Below are positions 31,076-40,784 of a stretch of 64,000 nt of DNA, in pieces. The notes below the pieces were generated by a model. It had not been told where the DNA came from and ran no database searches. It was given only the letters and a program-made list of their open reading frames with translations. Location: contig JBKAGE010000053.1 in assembly GCA_046290225.1 (NCBI GenBank), positions 1-64,000 on the forward strand, written 5' to 3'. Within the stretch, counting starts at the first letter, position 1; every line of letters starts with the position of its first letter. Source of the stretch: Bradymonadia bacterium (lineage in GTDB: Bacteria; Myxococcota_A; Bradymonadia; UBA7976; UBA1532). A program made the position numbers and the translations under genes.

Positions 31076-31334
31076 GTGGCTTGTGCGGATGAGTCGTAGA
31101 GATGTCGAGCGTGACGGGAAAATCGAGTCTACACGGCGCACCAGAATTGCGAATAGACTCCGCCAGAAGAGCTTTTCTGATCATTTCGTCGTTTTTTATG
31201 CGTGATGGTGCCTCAGATTTTCGAATCCAGTGAGGTAAGTGTTTTCAGGGCTTTACGGTGAGTTGTCATAGAAGAAAACCACTTCTTGTAAACAAAAACA
31301 CAAAATTCCGACCGAAATGTGGTTAATTAAAGCC

Positions 31335-31363
31335 TTGCCATGAACCGACCCTCTCCTTAACGT
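31335..31363 (+). promoter_or_regulatory. sigma70-type promoter for the cys operon with AT-rich upstream tract
   Basis: TTGCCA-17 nt-TAACGT; A-rich run at about 31270-31330. Confidence 0.55.
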
Positions 31364-31402
31364 CCGACTCATTGTCGATGCGTTCGAGAAGAGGTCATAG
31401 TC

Positions 31403-33604
31403 ATGAACACCCCCCCGAGACGCTCTGGTGAGTACGTACCTCAGCTGCGCCCTTCCATTGCAGGGGAGCGGCAAGAGGTACACGCCGAGCTCGATGCCTT
31501 CGAGACGTCGATCGATCGATTCCTCGATGGCAAGGTCCCCGAAGCCAGCTTTTTGGAATTCCGACTGCGTCATGGGGTTTATGGTCAGCGGCAAGATGGC
31601 GTGCACATGATGCGGTCGAAGTTGCCCCTGGGCTTGCTGGCCCCGGAGCAGCTCGAGTCGTTCGCCGATCTCACCGAGGCGTACACCGCTGGCGTGGCGC
31701 ACCTGACCACCCGCCAGGACATTCAGGTGCACTTCATCCCCTTGAAGAAGACTCCTGATTTGATGCGGGTGCTCGCCGAGGCGGAGATGACCAGCCGCGA
31801 GGCCTGCGGGAACGTAGTGCGCAACGTCTGCGCCTCTGAGGCTGCCGGCGTCGAGCCTGGTGAGGCCTTCGACGTGACCCCCTATGGCATGGCCCTCGCC
31901 CGGTTCCTGCTGCGCCATCCCTCGGGCCAGAGCCTCGGTCGCAAGTTCAAGATCACCCTCGCGGGATCCTTCGATCCCTACTTCAACACCGGACCGATCC
32001 ACGACATCGGCGCCACTGCGGTGATCCGTGACGGCGTGCGCGGGTTCCACGTGGTGGTGGGCGGTGGCCTCGGTGCAGTGCCTCACGAAGCGCAGTTGCT
32101 CACCGACTTCATGCCCGTGGCGGAGCTGTTCCCCACGGCGGTGGCCATGCTCCGCATCTTCGCCCGGCACGGTGAGAAGAAGAAGCGTGCTCGGGCCCGG
32201 ATGAAGTTCCTCGTGGCCAAATGGGGCATCGAGAAGTTCCGCGAAGAGGTGGCCAGGGAGCGGGCCCTGCTCCGCAACGACGAGCTGGGCACAGAGTTCC
32301 TGGAGAACCTCGGCCAGTGGGACGATCAGCCGATCCATCCGCCCGCCGAGCAGTTCCCCGTGGGGGCCACCCCTGAAGAGACCACCTGGCTGCGGACCAA
32401 CGTGTTCCGCCAGAAGCAGGCGGGCTATGCCGCTGTTCGGGTCCGGGTGCCTCGCGGTGATCTGGTGCCCGACCAGCTGCGGGGGCTGGCGAACCTTCTG
32501 CGGGCCCACAGCGGTGACACCATGCGCATCGCCGCTGATCAGTCCCTGTTCATCCGCTGGGTGCCCTTCGATCACTTGCTCGAGCTCAAGGCTGGCCTCG
32601 AGGCCCTGGGCCTCGGTCAGGCCCGGGCGGGTGGCCTCGGCGATACGGTGACCTGCCCAGGGTCCGACTCGTGCAAGCTGGGCATCACCTCGCCCCGCTC
32701 TGTGGCCCGCCACATCGAGGCGCGCATCGACGCCCTCGCAGAAGACACGCGCCTTGAGCGTCTGCGCATCAAGATCTCGGGTTGCCCGAACTCCTGTGCT
32801 CAGCATCAGACTGCCGACATCGGCTTGTACGGCGCCACCCGGACCATCGCCGGCCGCGCCGCGCCTCACTACATGCTCTACCTCGGCGGTCGCCCTGGTG
32901 GCATGCGCCTCAACGCGGAGATCGGCGGCTTCGGCCTGCACGTGGGCCGCGTGCCCGCGCTTCGAGTGGGCGAGGTGGTGGAGCTGCTGCTGAAGACCTT
33001 CATCGAAGAGTCAGATGCTGGCGAAGAGTTCGCCCTCTGGGTGTACCGCACGGGCCGCGTGGCGATTCAGAACCTCATCCGCCCCCTGACGGTGCTGCCG
33101 AAGCCCGACGAAGACGGCCGCTTCTACAGCGAGGTGGGTGAGAGCGAGCCCTTCTCCATCGTCCGTGGGGTGGGGGAGTGCGCCGGCGAAGTGGTCCTCG
33201 CTGCAGATCTGCTGATGGTGGAGGCCGACACCCAGACGGAGCGCGCTACGCAAGGCTTCGACGAAGAGGCGGATCGCGATTTGATCATCACCTCGGCCCG
33301 AGAGGCCATGGTCTATGCCGCCCGGGCCCTCATGGCCACTCAGGGGGTGAACGAGGCGGATCCGGCCCACGTGGTGGAGGCCTTCAAGGGGGCCTTCTAC
33401 GACACCGGCCGCATCTACGAGGGCGTGGGCCACTACTTCCTGCAGAGTCAGGCTGAAGCCCGCGACACCGTGGTGGGCGATCGCCTGCGTCGTCTGGTGG
33501 CGGAGTCGGCCCTCTTCGTGGAAGAGGCCCACACGATCCTGGCCAAGATGCGGGCGACCTCTGTCCTCGACGATCTCGCGGCCTTTGGCGGGCCGGCATC
33601 ATGA
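31403..33604 (+). CDS. Assimilatory sulfite (or nitrite) reductase hemoprotein with C-terminal HEPN-like extension
   Basis: RLRHGVYGQRQ, HLTTRQDIQ, ACGNVVRN, RKFKI, CPGSDSCKLG and SGCPNSCAQH siroheme/[4Fe-4S] ligands; cys operon context. Confidence 0.88.
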   Translation: MNTPPRRSGEYVPQLRPSIAGERQEVHAELDAFETSIDRFLDGKVPEASFLEFRLRHGVYGQRQDGVHMMRSKLPLGLLAPEQLESFADLTEAYTAGVAHLTTRQDIQVHFIPLKKTPDLMRVLAEAEMTSREACGNVVRNVCASEAAGVEPGEAFDVTPYGMALARFLLRHPSGQSLGRKFKITLAGSFDPYFNTGPIHDIGATAVIRDGVRGFHVVVGGGLGAVPHEAQLLTDFMPVAELFPTAVAMLRIFARHGEKKKRARARMKFLVAKWGIEKFREEVARERALLRNDELGTEFLENLGQWDDQPIHPPAEQFPVGATPEETTWLRTNVFRQKQAGYAAVRVRVPRGDLVPDQLRGLANLLRAHSGDTMRIAADQSLFIRWVPFDHLLELKAGLEALGLGQARAGGLGDTVTCPGSDSCKLGITSPRSVARHIEARIDALAEDTRLERLRIKISGCPNSCAQHQTADIGLYGATRTIAGRAAPHYMLYLGGRPGGMRLNAEIGGFGLHVGRVPALRVGEVVELLLKTFIEESDAGEEFALWVYRTGRVAIQNLIRPLTVLPKPDEDGRFYSEVGESEPFSIVRGVGECAGEVVLAADLLMVEADTQTERATQGFDEEADRDLIITSAREAMVYAARALMATQGVNEADPAHVVEAFKGAFYDTGRIYEGVGHYFLQSQAEARDTVVGDRLRRLVAESALFVEEAHTILAKMRATSVLDDLAAFGGPAS

Positions 33605-35130
33605 GCCGCCCGGCGAACATCGCCCCGGTGCAGGGTGGGGGCTCGCTGCTCCTGGCCTGGCGTCTGAAGGGTCGCACTGCCCTGGTGGTAGGCGGCGGTG
33701 AGGTGGCCGCGGGCCGGGTGGTCCGGGCCCTGGAGGCCGACGCCAGGGTGGTGTTGGTGGCCCCTCGCATCAACGCTGAGCTCACGCGCCGGGTGCAGGC
33801 AGGTGAGATCGAGTGGCGTGAGCGCAAGTGGTGCTTCTGTGATCTGTACGGCGCCGCCATGGTGATGACCGCCATCGATGATCCAGTGGTCTCTCGGCAA
33901 ATCGCCGAGCTCTGCCGAAACCGCGGGATCCCGGTGAACGTCGCCGATGTGCCGCCGCTCTGTGACTTCTGGTTCGCGAGCATGTACCGCGATGGCCCGG
34001 TGCAGATCGCCATCAGCACCAACGGCAAGGGCCCCGCCATCGGCTCTCGCCTGGCGCAGGAGCTGGGCTCGATGTTGCCGGCGGGCCTGGGCCAGCTGGT
34101 CGAGCACTTCGGCACGTTGCGCAAGGCTGTGCGCAAGGTCGACCCGGAGCCTTCTTCGGGGCCGCGGCGCATGTCGTGGCTGGGCCGCCTGGCCCGGACC
34201 TGGCCCTACGAGGCCCTCGGTCGCTTGCAGGTGGAGCCGCTGATCAAGGAATACCGGCGCGGTGGCGAGCCCCCGGAGCCACCCAAGGGTCGACGCCCGG
34301 AGCGTGACGCACCTGTGGCGCACTTCGCCGGCGCAGACGATCTGCCGGTCATCTCATTGGTGGGCGCTGGCCCTGGTGATCCGGGCTTGCTCACTGTGGC
34401 CGGCGCCGAAGCTCTGGCCCAGGCCGACCTCGTGGTGGCCGACCGCCTCATCGCCCCTGAGATCCTCGACCTCGTCACCGGCGAGTTGCGCATCGCCCGC
34501 AAACTGCCCGGTCGCGCTGACGAGGCTCAGCGCGAGCTGGAGGATTGGGTGCTCGAAGGGGCCCGAGCGGGCCGCCACGTGGTGCGACTCAAGGCCGGTG
34601 ATCCCTTCGTCTTCGGCCGGGGCACTGAAGAGATCGAACGCTTTACCGCCGAGGGCTTCGGTGTACGGGTGGTGCCGGGCATCAGCAGCGCCCTCGCAGG
34701 CCCGCTGCTCGGGGGCATGCCTCCTACGGCCCGAGGCGTTGCTGATCGCGTGCAGGTGCTCACCGCTCAGCTCAAGGGCGGCGGCTGGCCCGAGATGCCT
34801 GCCTACGACGCAGGCTGCACGCAGGTGATTTTGATGGGCGTGGGCCGTGCGGCAGAGATCAGCCGCCGCCTCATCGCCGCCGGGCACCCCGCAGATCGCC
34901 CGGTGGCCTTCGTGGAGCGTGCTTCCCAGCCGGGGCAACGCACCACCCTGACCACCCTCGAACAGATGGGCGAGGCGGTTCAACGCCACGGCATCCGGGC
35001 GCCGGCGGTCATCGTCATCGGCGACGTGGTGCAGTTCGCCACCCGCTTCGACAATCGCGCCGACGGTCAGGTCGACCGCGCGTCCGAGTCTCGATTCGAA
35101 CGGCCCCTGCAGGCCGCAGGAGGTACTTGA
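33601..35130 (+). CDS. cysG: Siroheme synthase (dehydrogenase/ferrochelatase + SUMT)
   Basis: LVVGGGEVA, VNVADVP.LCDF, ISTNGKGP; LVGAGPGDPGLLT, RLKAGDPFVFGRG, VPGISS. Confidence 0.92.
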   Translation: MSRPANIAPVQGGGSLLLAWRLKGRTALVVGGGEVAAGRVVRALEADARVVLVAPRINAELTRRVQAGEIEWRERKWCFCDLYGAAMVMTAIDDPVVSRQIAELCRNRGIPVNVADVPPLCDFWFASMYRDGPVQIAISTNGKGPAIGSRLAQELGSMLPAGLGQLVEHFGTLRKAVRKVDPEPSSGPRRMSWLGRLARTWPYEALGRLQVEPLIKEYRRGGEPPEPPKGRRPERDAPVAHFAGADDLPVISLVGAGPGDPGLLTVAGAEALAQADLVVADRLIAPEILDLVTGELRIARKLPGRADEAQRELEDWVLEGARAGRHVVRLKAGDPFVFGRGTEEIERFTAEGFGVRVVPGISSALAGPLLGGMPPTARGVADRVQVLTAQLKGGGWPEMPAYDAGCTQVILMGVGRAAEISRRLIAAGHPADRPVAFVERASQPGQRTTLTTLEQMGEAVQRHGIRAPAVIVIGDVVQFATRFDNRADGQVDRASESRFERPLQAAGGT

Positions 35131-35873
35131 TGAATGCCCCCAACATCACCGTAGAGGGCTGGGCTGGGGTGGACGTCTCCAGCGCCGAGGCCATCATCGC
35201 CCGGGCCATCGATCTGTATCACCCGGCTCTCACCATCGCCTCGAGCTTCAGCCACGAAGACGTGCTGCTCATCGACATGGCGGTGGCCCATCGCGCCGAT
35301 GTGCGGGTCTTTGCCCTCGACACAGGCCGCTTGCCAGAAGAGACCTACGCCTGCGCCGAGGCCGTACGGGCGCGATATGGCCTGGAGATCGAGTGGTACG
35401 CCCCTGATCGCGACGATCTCGAGGCCCTGATTCGCGATCAGGGCCTCTACAGCTTCAAAGAGAGCCTCGACGCCCGCCACGCCTGCTGCGCCGTGCGCAA
35501 GGTGGGCCCTCTGAAGCGGGCCCTCGCCGGCAAGAAGGCCTGGGTGACGGGTCAACGCCGCAGCCAGAGCGTCACCCGCGCGACGTTGTCTCCCGTGGAG
35601 GCGTCAGACTCGGGGCCCATCAAGATCAACCCCCTCGCCGATTGGAGCCTCGAGCAGGTCCAGGCAGAGGTGAAGGCCCGCGGGCTGCCCTACAACGCCC
35701 TCTACGACCAGGGCTACCGCTCCATCGGCTGCGCGCCGTGCACGCGAGCGGTGCTGCCCGGCGAGGACGAGCGGGCGGGCCGCTGGTGGTGGGAGCAGGC
35801 GGAGCACAAAGAGTGCGGGCTCCATGGCCGGCCGGGTTTCGAACATCTTTCTTCTGACACTTCACGAGGGTGA
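35130..35873 (+). CDS. cysH: Adenylyl-sulfate reductase, [4Fe-4S] APS reductase type
   Basis: LDTGRL, CCAVRKV, TGQRRSQS, SIGCAPCT, RAGRWWWE, ECGLH. Confidence 0.92.
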   Translation: MNAPNITVEGWAGVDVSSAEAIIARAIDLYHPALTIASSFSHEDVLLIDMAVAHRADVRVFALDTGRLPEETYACAEAVRARYGLEIEWYAPDRDDLEALIRDQGLYSFKESLDARHACCAVRKVGPLKRALAGKKAWVTGQRRSQSVTRATLSPVEASDSGPIKINPLADWSLEQVQAEVKARGLPYNALYDQGYRSIGCAPCTRAVLPGEDERAGRWWWEQAEHKECGLHGRPGFEHLSSDTSRG

Positions 35874-35877
35874 TCCC

Positions 35878-36801
35878 ATGAACGCAAACCTCAAGCCTCG
35901 GTCGGGGCGCTCACCCACGGCCCTCGACGAGCTCGAGGCCGAGGGGATCCACATCCTGCGGGAGGTGGTGGCCCAGGCCCGAAACCCGGTGATCTTGTTC
36001 TCCGGGGGCAAAGACTCGATCTGTGTGCTGCACCTTGCCCGCAAGGCCTTCTGGCCTGGGAAGTTCCCTTTCCCGCTGCTGCACATCGACACCGGCCACA
36101 ACTTCGACGAGGTGATCGAGTTCCGCGATCGCCGCGCCGCGGAGCTGGGCGCCACGCTGCACGTGCGCACCGTGGAAGACGCCATCGCCAAAGGCATCGC
36201 GGTGCCCACCCCTGGTGTGGTGAGCCGCAACCGCCTGCAGTCGCCAACGCTGCTCTCCGCCCTCGAGGAGTTCGAGTTCGACGCCGCCGTCGGTGGCGCC
36301 CGCCGCGACGAAGAGAAAGCCCGGGCCAAGGAGCGCATCTTCTCGTTCCGCGACGCCTTCGGCCAGTGGGAGCCCCGCAAGCAGCGCCCCGAGCTCTGGA
36401 ACGTCTACAACGCGCGGCTGCACCCCGGCGAGCAGGTCCGGGCGTTCCCCCTGAGCAACTGGACCGAGCTCGACGTCTGGGCCTACATCCGCCGAGAGGG
36501 CCTCGAGGTGCCGTCGATCTACTTCAGCCACACCCGCGAGGCGGTGAAGCGCAGCGGTCAGTGGCTGCCGGTGAACGACATCGAGCCCCTGCAGGCCGGT
36601 GAAGAGACCACCACCCGCCAGTTCCGGGTGCGCACCATCGGCGACATCATCTGCACCGGCCTGGTGGAGTCCCCCGCCGCCGACATCCACGCCATCGTCG
36701 ACGAGGTGGCCCGAGCCCGAGTGACCGAGCGCGATGGCCGCGCCGACGATCAAGGCTCCGAGACCTCGATGGAAGACCGCAAGCGAGAGGGGTACTTCTG
36801 A
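35878..36801 (+). CDS. cysD: Sulfate adenylyltransferase subunit 2
   Basis: FSGGKDS, HIDTGHNF, GGARRDEEKARAKERIFS, QRPELW, SMEDRKREGYF. Confidence 0.96.
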   Translation: MNANLKPRSGRSPTALDELEAEGIHILREVVAQARNPVILFSGGKDSICVLHLARKAFWPGKFPFPLLHIDTGHNFDEVIEFRDRRAAELGATLHVRTVEDAIAKGIAVPTPGVVSRNRLQSPTLLSALEEFEFDAAVGGARRDEEKARAKERIFSFRDAFGQWEPRKQRPELWNVYNARLHPGEQVRAFPLSNWTELDVWAYIRREGLEVPSIYFSHTREAVKRSGQWLPVNDIEPLQAGEETTTRQFRVRTIGDIICTGLVESPAADIHAIVDEVARARVTERDGRADDQGSETSMEDRKREGYF

Positions 36802-38138
36802 TGCACGCCAACGCCTATCACGAGACCTCCGGGCACACCGTACGCGACGCCACAGAGGCCACCCTTGAGGTGACCGCCGAGGCCGGCCCCGATGCCACCG
36901 CAGAGGCGGAGTCCATCTCCCGGCTGCGCTTCATCACCGCCGGCAGCGTCGACGACGGCAAGAGCACCCTCATCGGTCGCTTGCTCTACGACAGCAAGTC
37001 GCTCTTCGACGATCAGGTGGCGGCCCTCGAGAAGCGCTTTGATCTCGCCCGTCTCACCGACGGTCTGCGGGCGGAGCGGGAGCAGGGCATCACCATCGAC
37101 GTGGCCTGGCGTTACTTCGCTACGCCCCATCGTCGCTTCGTCATCGCCGACTGCCCCGGACACGTGCAGTACACCCGGAACATGATCACTGGGGCCTCTC
37201 ACGCCGAGGTGGCGGTGCTGTTGGTCGACGCCCGCCACGGGGTCGTCGAGCAGACCCGGCGGCACGCCTTCATCGCCGCCCGCCTGGGCCTGAGCCACAT
37301 CGTGTTCTGCGTGAACAAGATGGATCTCGTCGACTTCGACGAGGGGCGGTTCGACACCCTCGAGGCAGAGCTTGAGGCCATGGCCACCACCCTCGGTGTG
37401 CCCGCCATCACGGTGCTGCCCATCAGCGCCCTCGAAGGCGACAACGTGGTGAGCCGCAGCCCCCGTACCCCCTGGTACGATGGCCCCGCGCTGCTCGAGC
37501 TGCTCGAGCGCATCGAGGTGGTCCACCGTCCGAACCTGGGCCCCGACGCCCCAGCCCGCTTGCCGGTGCAGGTGGTGATCCGCCCGGAAGAGGACGGCCG
37601 ACCGGAAGATCGCCGTTACGCCGGCACGGTGGCCTCGGGCACCCTCAACGTCGGGGACGAGGTGGTGGTGTTGCCCTCGGGTCAGACCACGCGCATCTCG
37701 GCCATCGACACCTTCGATGGTGGGTTGCAGCAGGCCGTGGCCGGTGAGGCTGTGGCCGTGGGCCTCGCCGACGTGCTCGACGTGGGCCGCGGCGCGGTCA
37801 TCGCCCCCGTGAGCGGCGCGCCCACGGCGACGCAGTCACTGACGGCGACGGTGTGTTGGATGGGCCACCGCCCGCTGACCCCGGGCTCCACCTGGGTGGT
37901 GCAGCATGGCACCACGGAAGCCCGCTGCAAGGTGGCTGCGGTGGACCATCAGATCGATCTGGAGACGCTGCAGCCTGCGGAGGCAAGCCAGCTGGCCCTC
38001 AACGATCTGGGCCGGGTGCGTTTGAAGGTGTCGGTGCCCCTGGCCGCCGACGGTTTCACCGATGTGCAGGCCACAGGGCGCTTCATCATCATCGATCCCT
38101 CGACCCACGAGACCGTGGGCGCGGCCTTGGTGGAATAA
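36801..38138 (+). CDS. cysN: Sulfate adenylyltransferase subunit 1 (no APS kinase domain)
   Basis: GSVDDGKSTLIGRLL, EREQGITID, DCPGH, NKMD, ISALEGDNV. Confidence 0.95.
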   Translation: MHANAYHETSGHTVRDATEATLEVTAEAGPDATAEAESISRLRFITAGSVDDGKSTLIGRLLYDSKSLFDDQVAALEKRFDLARLTDGLRAEREQGITIDVAWRYFATPHRRFVIADCPGHVQYTRNMITGASHAEVAVLLVDARHGVVEQTRRHAFIAARLGLSHIVFCVNKMDLVDFDEGRFDTLEAELEAMATTLGVPAITVLPISALEGDNVVSRSPRTPWYDGPALLELLERIEVVHRPNLGPDAPARLPVQVVIRPEEDGRPEDRRYAGTVASGTLNVGDEVVVLPSGQTTRISAIDTFDGGLQQAVAGEAVAVGLADVLDVGRGAVIAPVSGAPTATQSLTATVCWMGHRPLTPGSTWVVQHGTTEARCKVAAVDHQIDLETLQPAEASQLALNDLGRVRLKVSVPLAADGFTDVQATGRFIIIDPSTHETVGAALVE

Positions 38139-38324
38139 CACCTCCCACCTGCCCCTTCCTCGACGCGGGTCTCTCTGCGTAGATCTCTCCATCACATCAC
38201 GTTGTCTGACGGGCGCTCTTCAGGTCGCCATCACCCCCTCATCTCAGGCCCGAAGGCTTTGTAGGGGATTTCAGGATATTGTAGGATGTTTGGCCTTGCG
38301 CTCGATCATGAAAGGTGAGCAGGC

Positions 38325-40676
38325 ATGGCTCGATATCAATCCCCACGTATTCGGTGGCTGGTGGCCGCTCTTGCCGCAGGGTGTCTGTTTGTGGGCAGTC
38401 AGCTGACGGGCATCGATGCTGCCCATGCCCAGGTGCCCGAGCTGCTCAATCACCAGGGCCGTTTGCTCGACGCCGGGCAGGTGCCCATCACGGGCACTCG
38501 AACCCTGACCTTCGCGGTGTACGACAGCCCTGAAGGTGGAGAGCTGCTCTGGTCAGAGACTCAAGATGAGGTGCTCTTCCAGAACGGCTACTACGCGGTC
38601 ACGTTGGGCCAGCAGGGGGGCTTCCCCACAGAGATCGCTGCGGACTCTGGTCTTTATCTGGAGATCACCGTCGAGGATGAGCACCTCAGCCCGCGCCTGC
38701 CCATGGGCTCGGCGCCTTTTGCCCTGGCGGCTGGCGTCGCGGACGACGTCACTGGAGACATCAACCCCCGCTCGGTGAGCATCGGCGGTCAGCTGGTGAT
38801 CGATGCCGAGGGTCGCTGGGTGGGTGAGGTGATGGGCCTCGAGGGCCCGCAGGGTGAGCCTGGGGCGCAGGGCCCCGCTGGCCCTCAGGGCGAGCAAGGC
38901 CCTGCAGGGCCACAAGGTGAGCCCGGTGAGCCCGGGCCGCAGGGCGAGCAAGGCCCAGTGGGTCCTGCCGGGCCTCAAGGCGAGCGGGGCTTGCAAGGTC
39001 TACCGGGCGCTCTAGGGGCTCAGGGTGATCAGGGCCCCATTGGCCCGGTGGGGCCTTCAGGGCCTCAGGGTGAGCAGGGCCCTCAGGGTTTGCGGGGTGA
39101 GCAGGGGCCTGTTGGCCCTCAAGGTCTTCAGGGTGAGCAGGGGGCCGACGCGGATCCAGAGGTGATCGCCCAGCTCCTTCTCGAAGATGCTGACCTTCGA
39201 ACTGCAGTGACGGAACTGCTCTTCGAGCAATACAGCGCCGAGCTGAGAGGTCCTCAAGGCGAGCAAGGCATCCAGGGCGCTGACGCTGATCCCAACGTGG
39301 TGGCCGGCTTGCTCAGTGAAAACAACGCGTTCTTGGAGCTCGTCGCCTTGGCCCTCGCCATTGACTATGCCGACGAGCTGCGTGGCGCACCGGGCGTCCC
39401 TGGTCCCCAGGGCCCTCAGGGTGAGCAGGGTCTTCAAGGCCCACAGGGCTCAGAAGGCCCTCAAGGCCCCGCGGGATCAGTGGCAGATCCTCAGGACGTG
39501 GCCGACATCCTGGCGGAGGACGAGCAGTTCAACGCGGGGGTGGCCGAGCGCTTCTTCAATGACTTTGGTGACGCCATCCGTGGTGACGAGGGTCCCGAAG
39601 GCCCTCAGGGCCCTGTGGGTCCAGAGGGTCCCCAAGGTGAGCAGGGTGTCCAAGGCCTTCAAGGTGAGCAGGGCGCTCCCGGACCTCAAGGGCCTCAGGG
39701 CGAAGTTGGCCCTGCTGGCTCCGTGGGGCCCGAGGGGCCTCTGGGTCCTCAGGGAGAGCCAGGGCCCGAGGGTCCTGTGGGGCCCGCTGGCCCTCAGGGT
39801 GATCAGGGGCCCCAAGGTGATCAAGGCATTCAAGGTCCCGCAGGCGCACAGGGGGATCAGGGCGAGCAAGGGCCTCAGGGTGAGCAAGGCATTCAGGGCG
39901 AGCAAGGCGTTCAGGGCGAGCAAGGCCCTGCCGGTCCTCAGGGCCCTGCCGGGCCTCAGGGCCCTGCCGGTGACGGGATCCCCGATGGGGTGGTCATGCC
40001 CTTCGCACTGGAGAGCTGCCCCGCAGGCTGGGCACCTGCAGATGGCACCAACGGCACCCCGGATCTCCGTGGGCGCGTACCCATGGGCGTGGGTACTCTG
40101 CCTGGTGCCGAAGCCCCCAACACCATCGCCCTGGGACAGGCTGGTGGCTCCAGCCGCTACCGGGTCTTCGCGCAGCGCAACCTGGTGGCCCTCGGCAACA
40201 ACGATCGCGCCATCCAAGGCACGGGCCTGCGCTGGTTCGGTGACGACGATCAGCAAGAGTCGGTGTCTTTCGCCAACAACGACGCCAACGCCGACAGCGG
40301 CGATCAAGAGGGCGGGATGGCCCGTCACCTGCCGCCGTATGTGGGTCTGCTGTACTGCGTGAAGGGCGTGCAGGCGCCGTCGACGCCCACGTTCGCCGCC
40401 GAGGTGACCGACATCTTCGCGGCCCGGTGCAATGTCTGCCACAACGCGAACTTCTCGTCTGGCGGCCTGGACTTGTCTTCTTACAATGCTGCGCTGAGTG
40501 GTGGGATCTCCGGGCCTCTCGTGGACGCTGGAGGTGATCCAGCGGCGTCGGAGCTGATCCGTCGAGTGCGTGCGCTCGATGGCGCGCCCTTGATGCCTCA
40601 GGGCGGCCCGGCACTGGGTGAGGCCGACATTCTCACGCTGGAGGCGTGGATCAGCGGAGGTGTACCGGAGAACTGA
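38325..40676 (+). CDS. Secreted collagen-like fibre with phage tail-collar domain and C-terminal cytochrome c domain
   Basis: Signal peptide AHA-Q; long Gly-X-Y tracts; [30 protein letters not shown] (40428-40442) and distal LMP. Confidence 0.85.
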   Translation: MARYQSPRIRWLVAALAAGCLFVGSQLTGIDAAHAQVPELLNHQGRLLDAGQVPITGTRTLTFAVYDSPEGGELLWSETQDEVLFQNGYYAVTLGQQGGFPTEIAADSGLYLEITVEDEHLSPRLPMGSAPFALAAGVADDVTGDINPRSVSIGGQLVIDAEGRWVGEVMGLEGPQGEPGAQGPAGPQGEQGPAGPQGEPGEPGPQGEQGPVGPAGPQGERGLQGLPGALGAQGDQGPIGPVGPSGPQGEQGPQGLRGEQGPVGPQGLQGEQGADADPEVIAQLLLEDADLRTAVTELLFEQYSAELRGPQGEQGIQGADADPNVVAGLLSENNAFLELVALALAIDYADELRGAPGVPGPQGPQGEQGLQGPQGSEGPQGPAGSVADPQDVADILAEDEQFNAGVAERFFNDFGDAIRGDEGPEGPQGPVGPEGPQGEQGVQGLQGEQGAPGPQGPQGEVGPAGSVGPEGPLGPQGEPGPEGPVGPAGPQGDQGPQGDQGIQGPAGAQGDQGEQGPQGEQGIQGEQGVQGEQGPAGPQGPAGPQGPAGDGIPDGVVMPFALESCPAGWAPADGTNGTPDLRGRVPMGVGTLPGAEAPNTIALGQAGGSSRYRVFAQRNLVALGNNDRAIQGTGLRWFGDDDQQESVSFANNDANADSGDQEGGMARHLPPYVGLLYCVKGVQAPSTPTFAAEVTDIFAARCNVCHNANFSSGGLDLSSYNAALSGGISGPLVDAGGDPAASELIRRVRALDGAPLMPQGGPALGEADILTLEAWISGGVPEN

Positions 40677-40784
40677 GGCCGCTGGTCACGATCCATCTGT
40701 CTTTCTCGTGCAGTTCCTCCGCAGGGCGGATACGGCTATAGGACATCGCGTGGTGGGATAAGGGCGACGCCTGTCCTTCGGCCC

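Noticed and set aside
31125..31160. GAGTCTA/TAGACTC stem between the rho and cys promoters as a riboswitch
   Set aside because: Short stem outside both predicted transcripts; no aptamer consensus
38840..39975. Short DNA repeats (GGCCCTCAGGGTGAGCAG-like)
   Set aside because: Explained by Gly-X-Y collagen coding, not an array or mobile element
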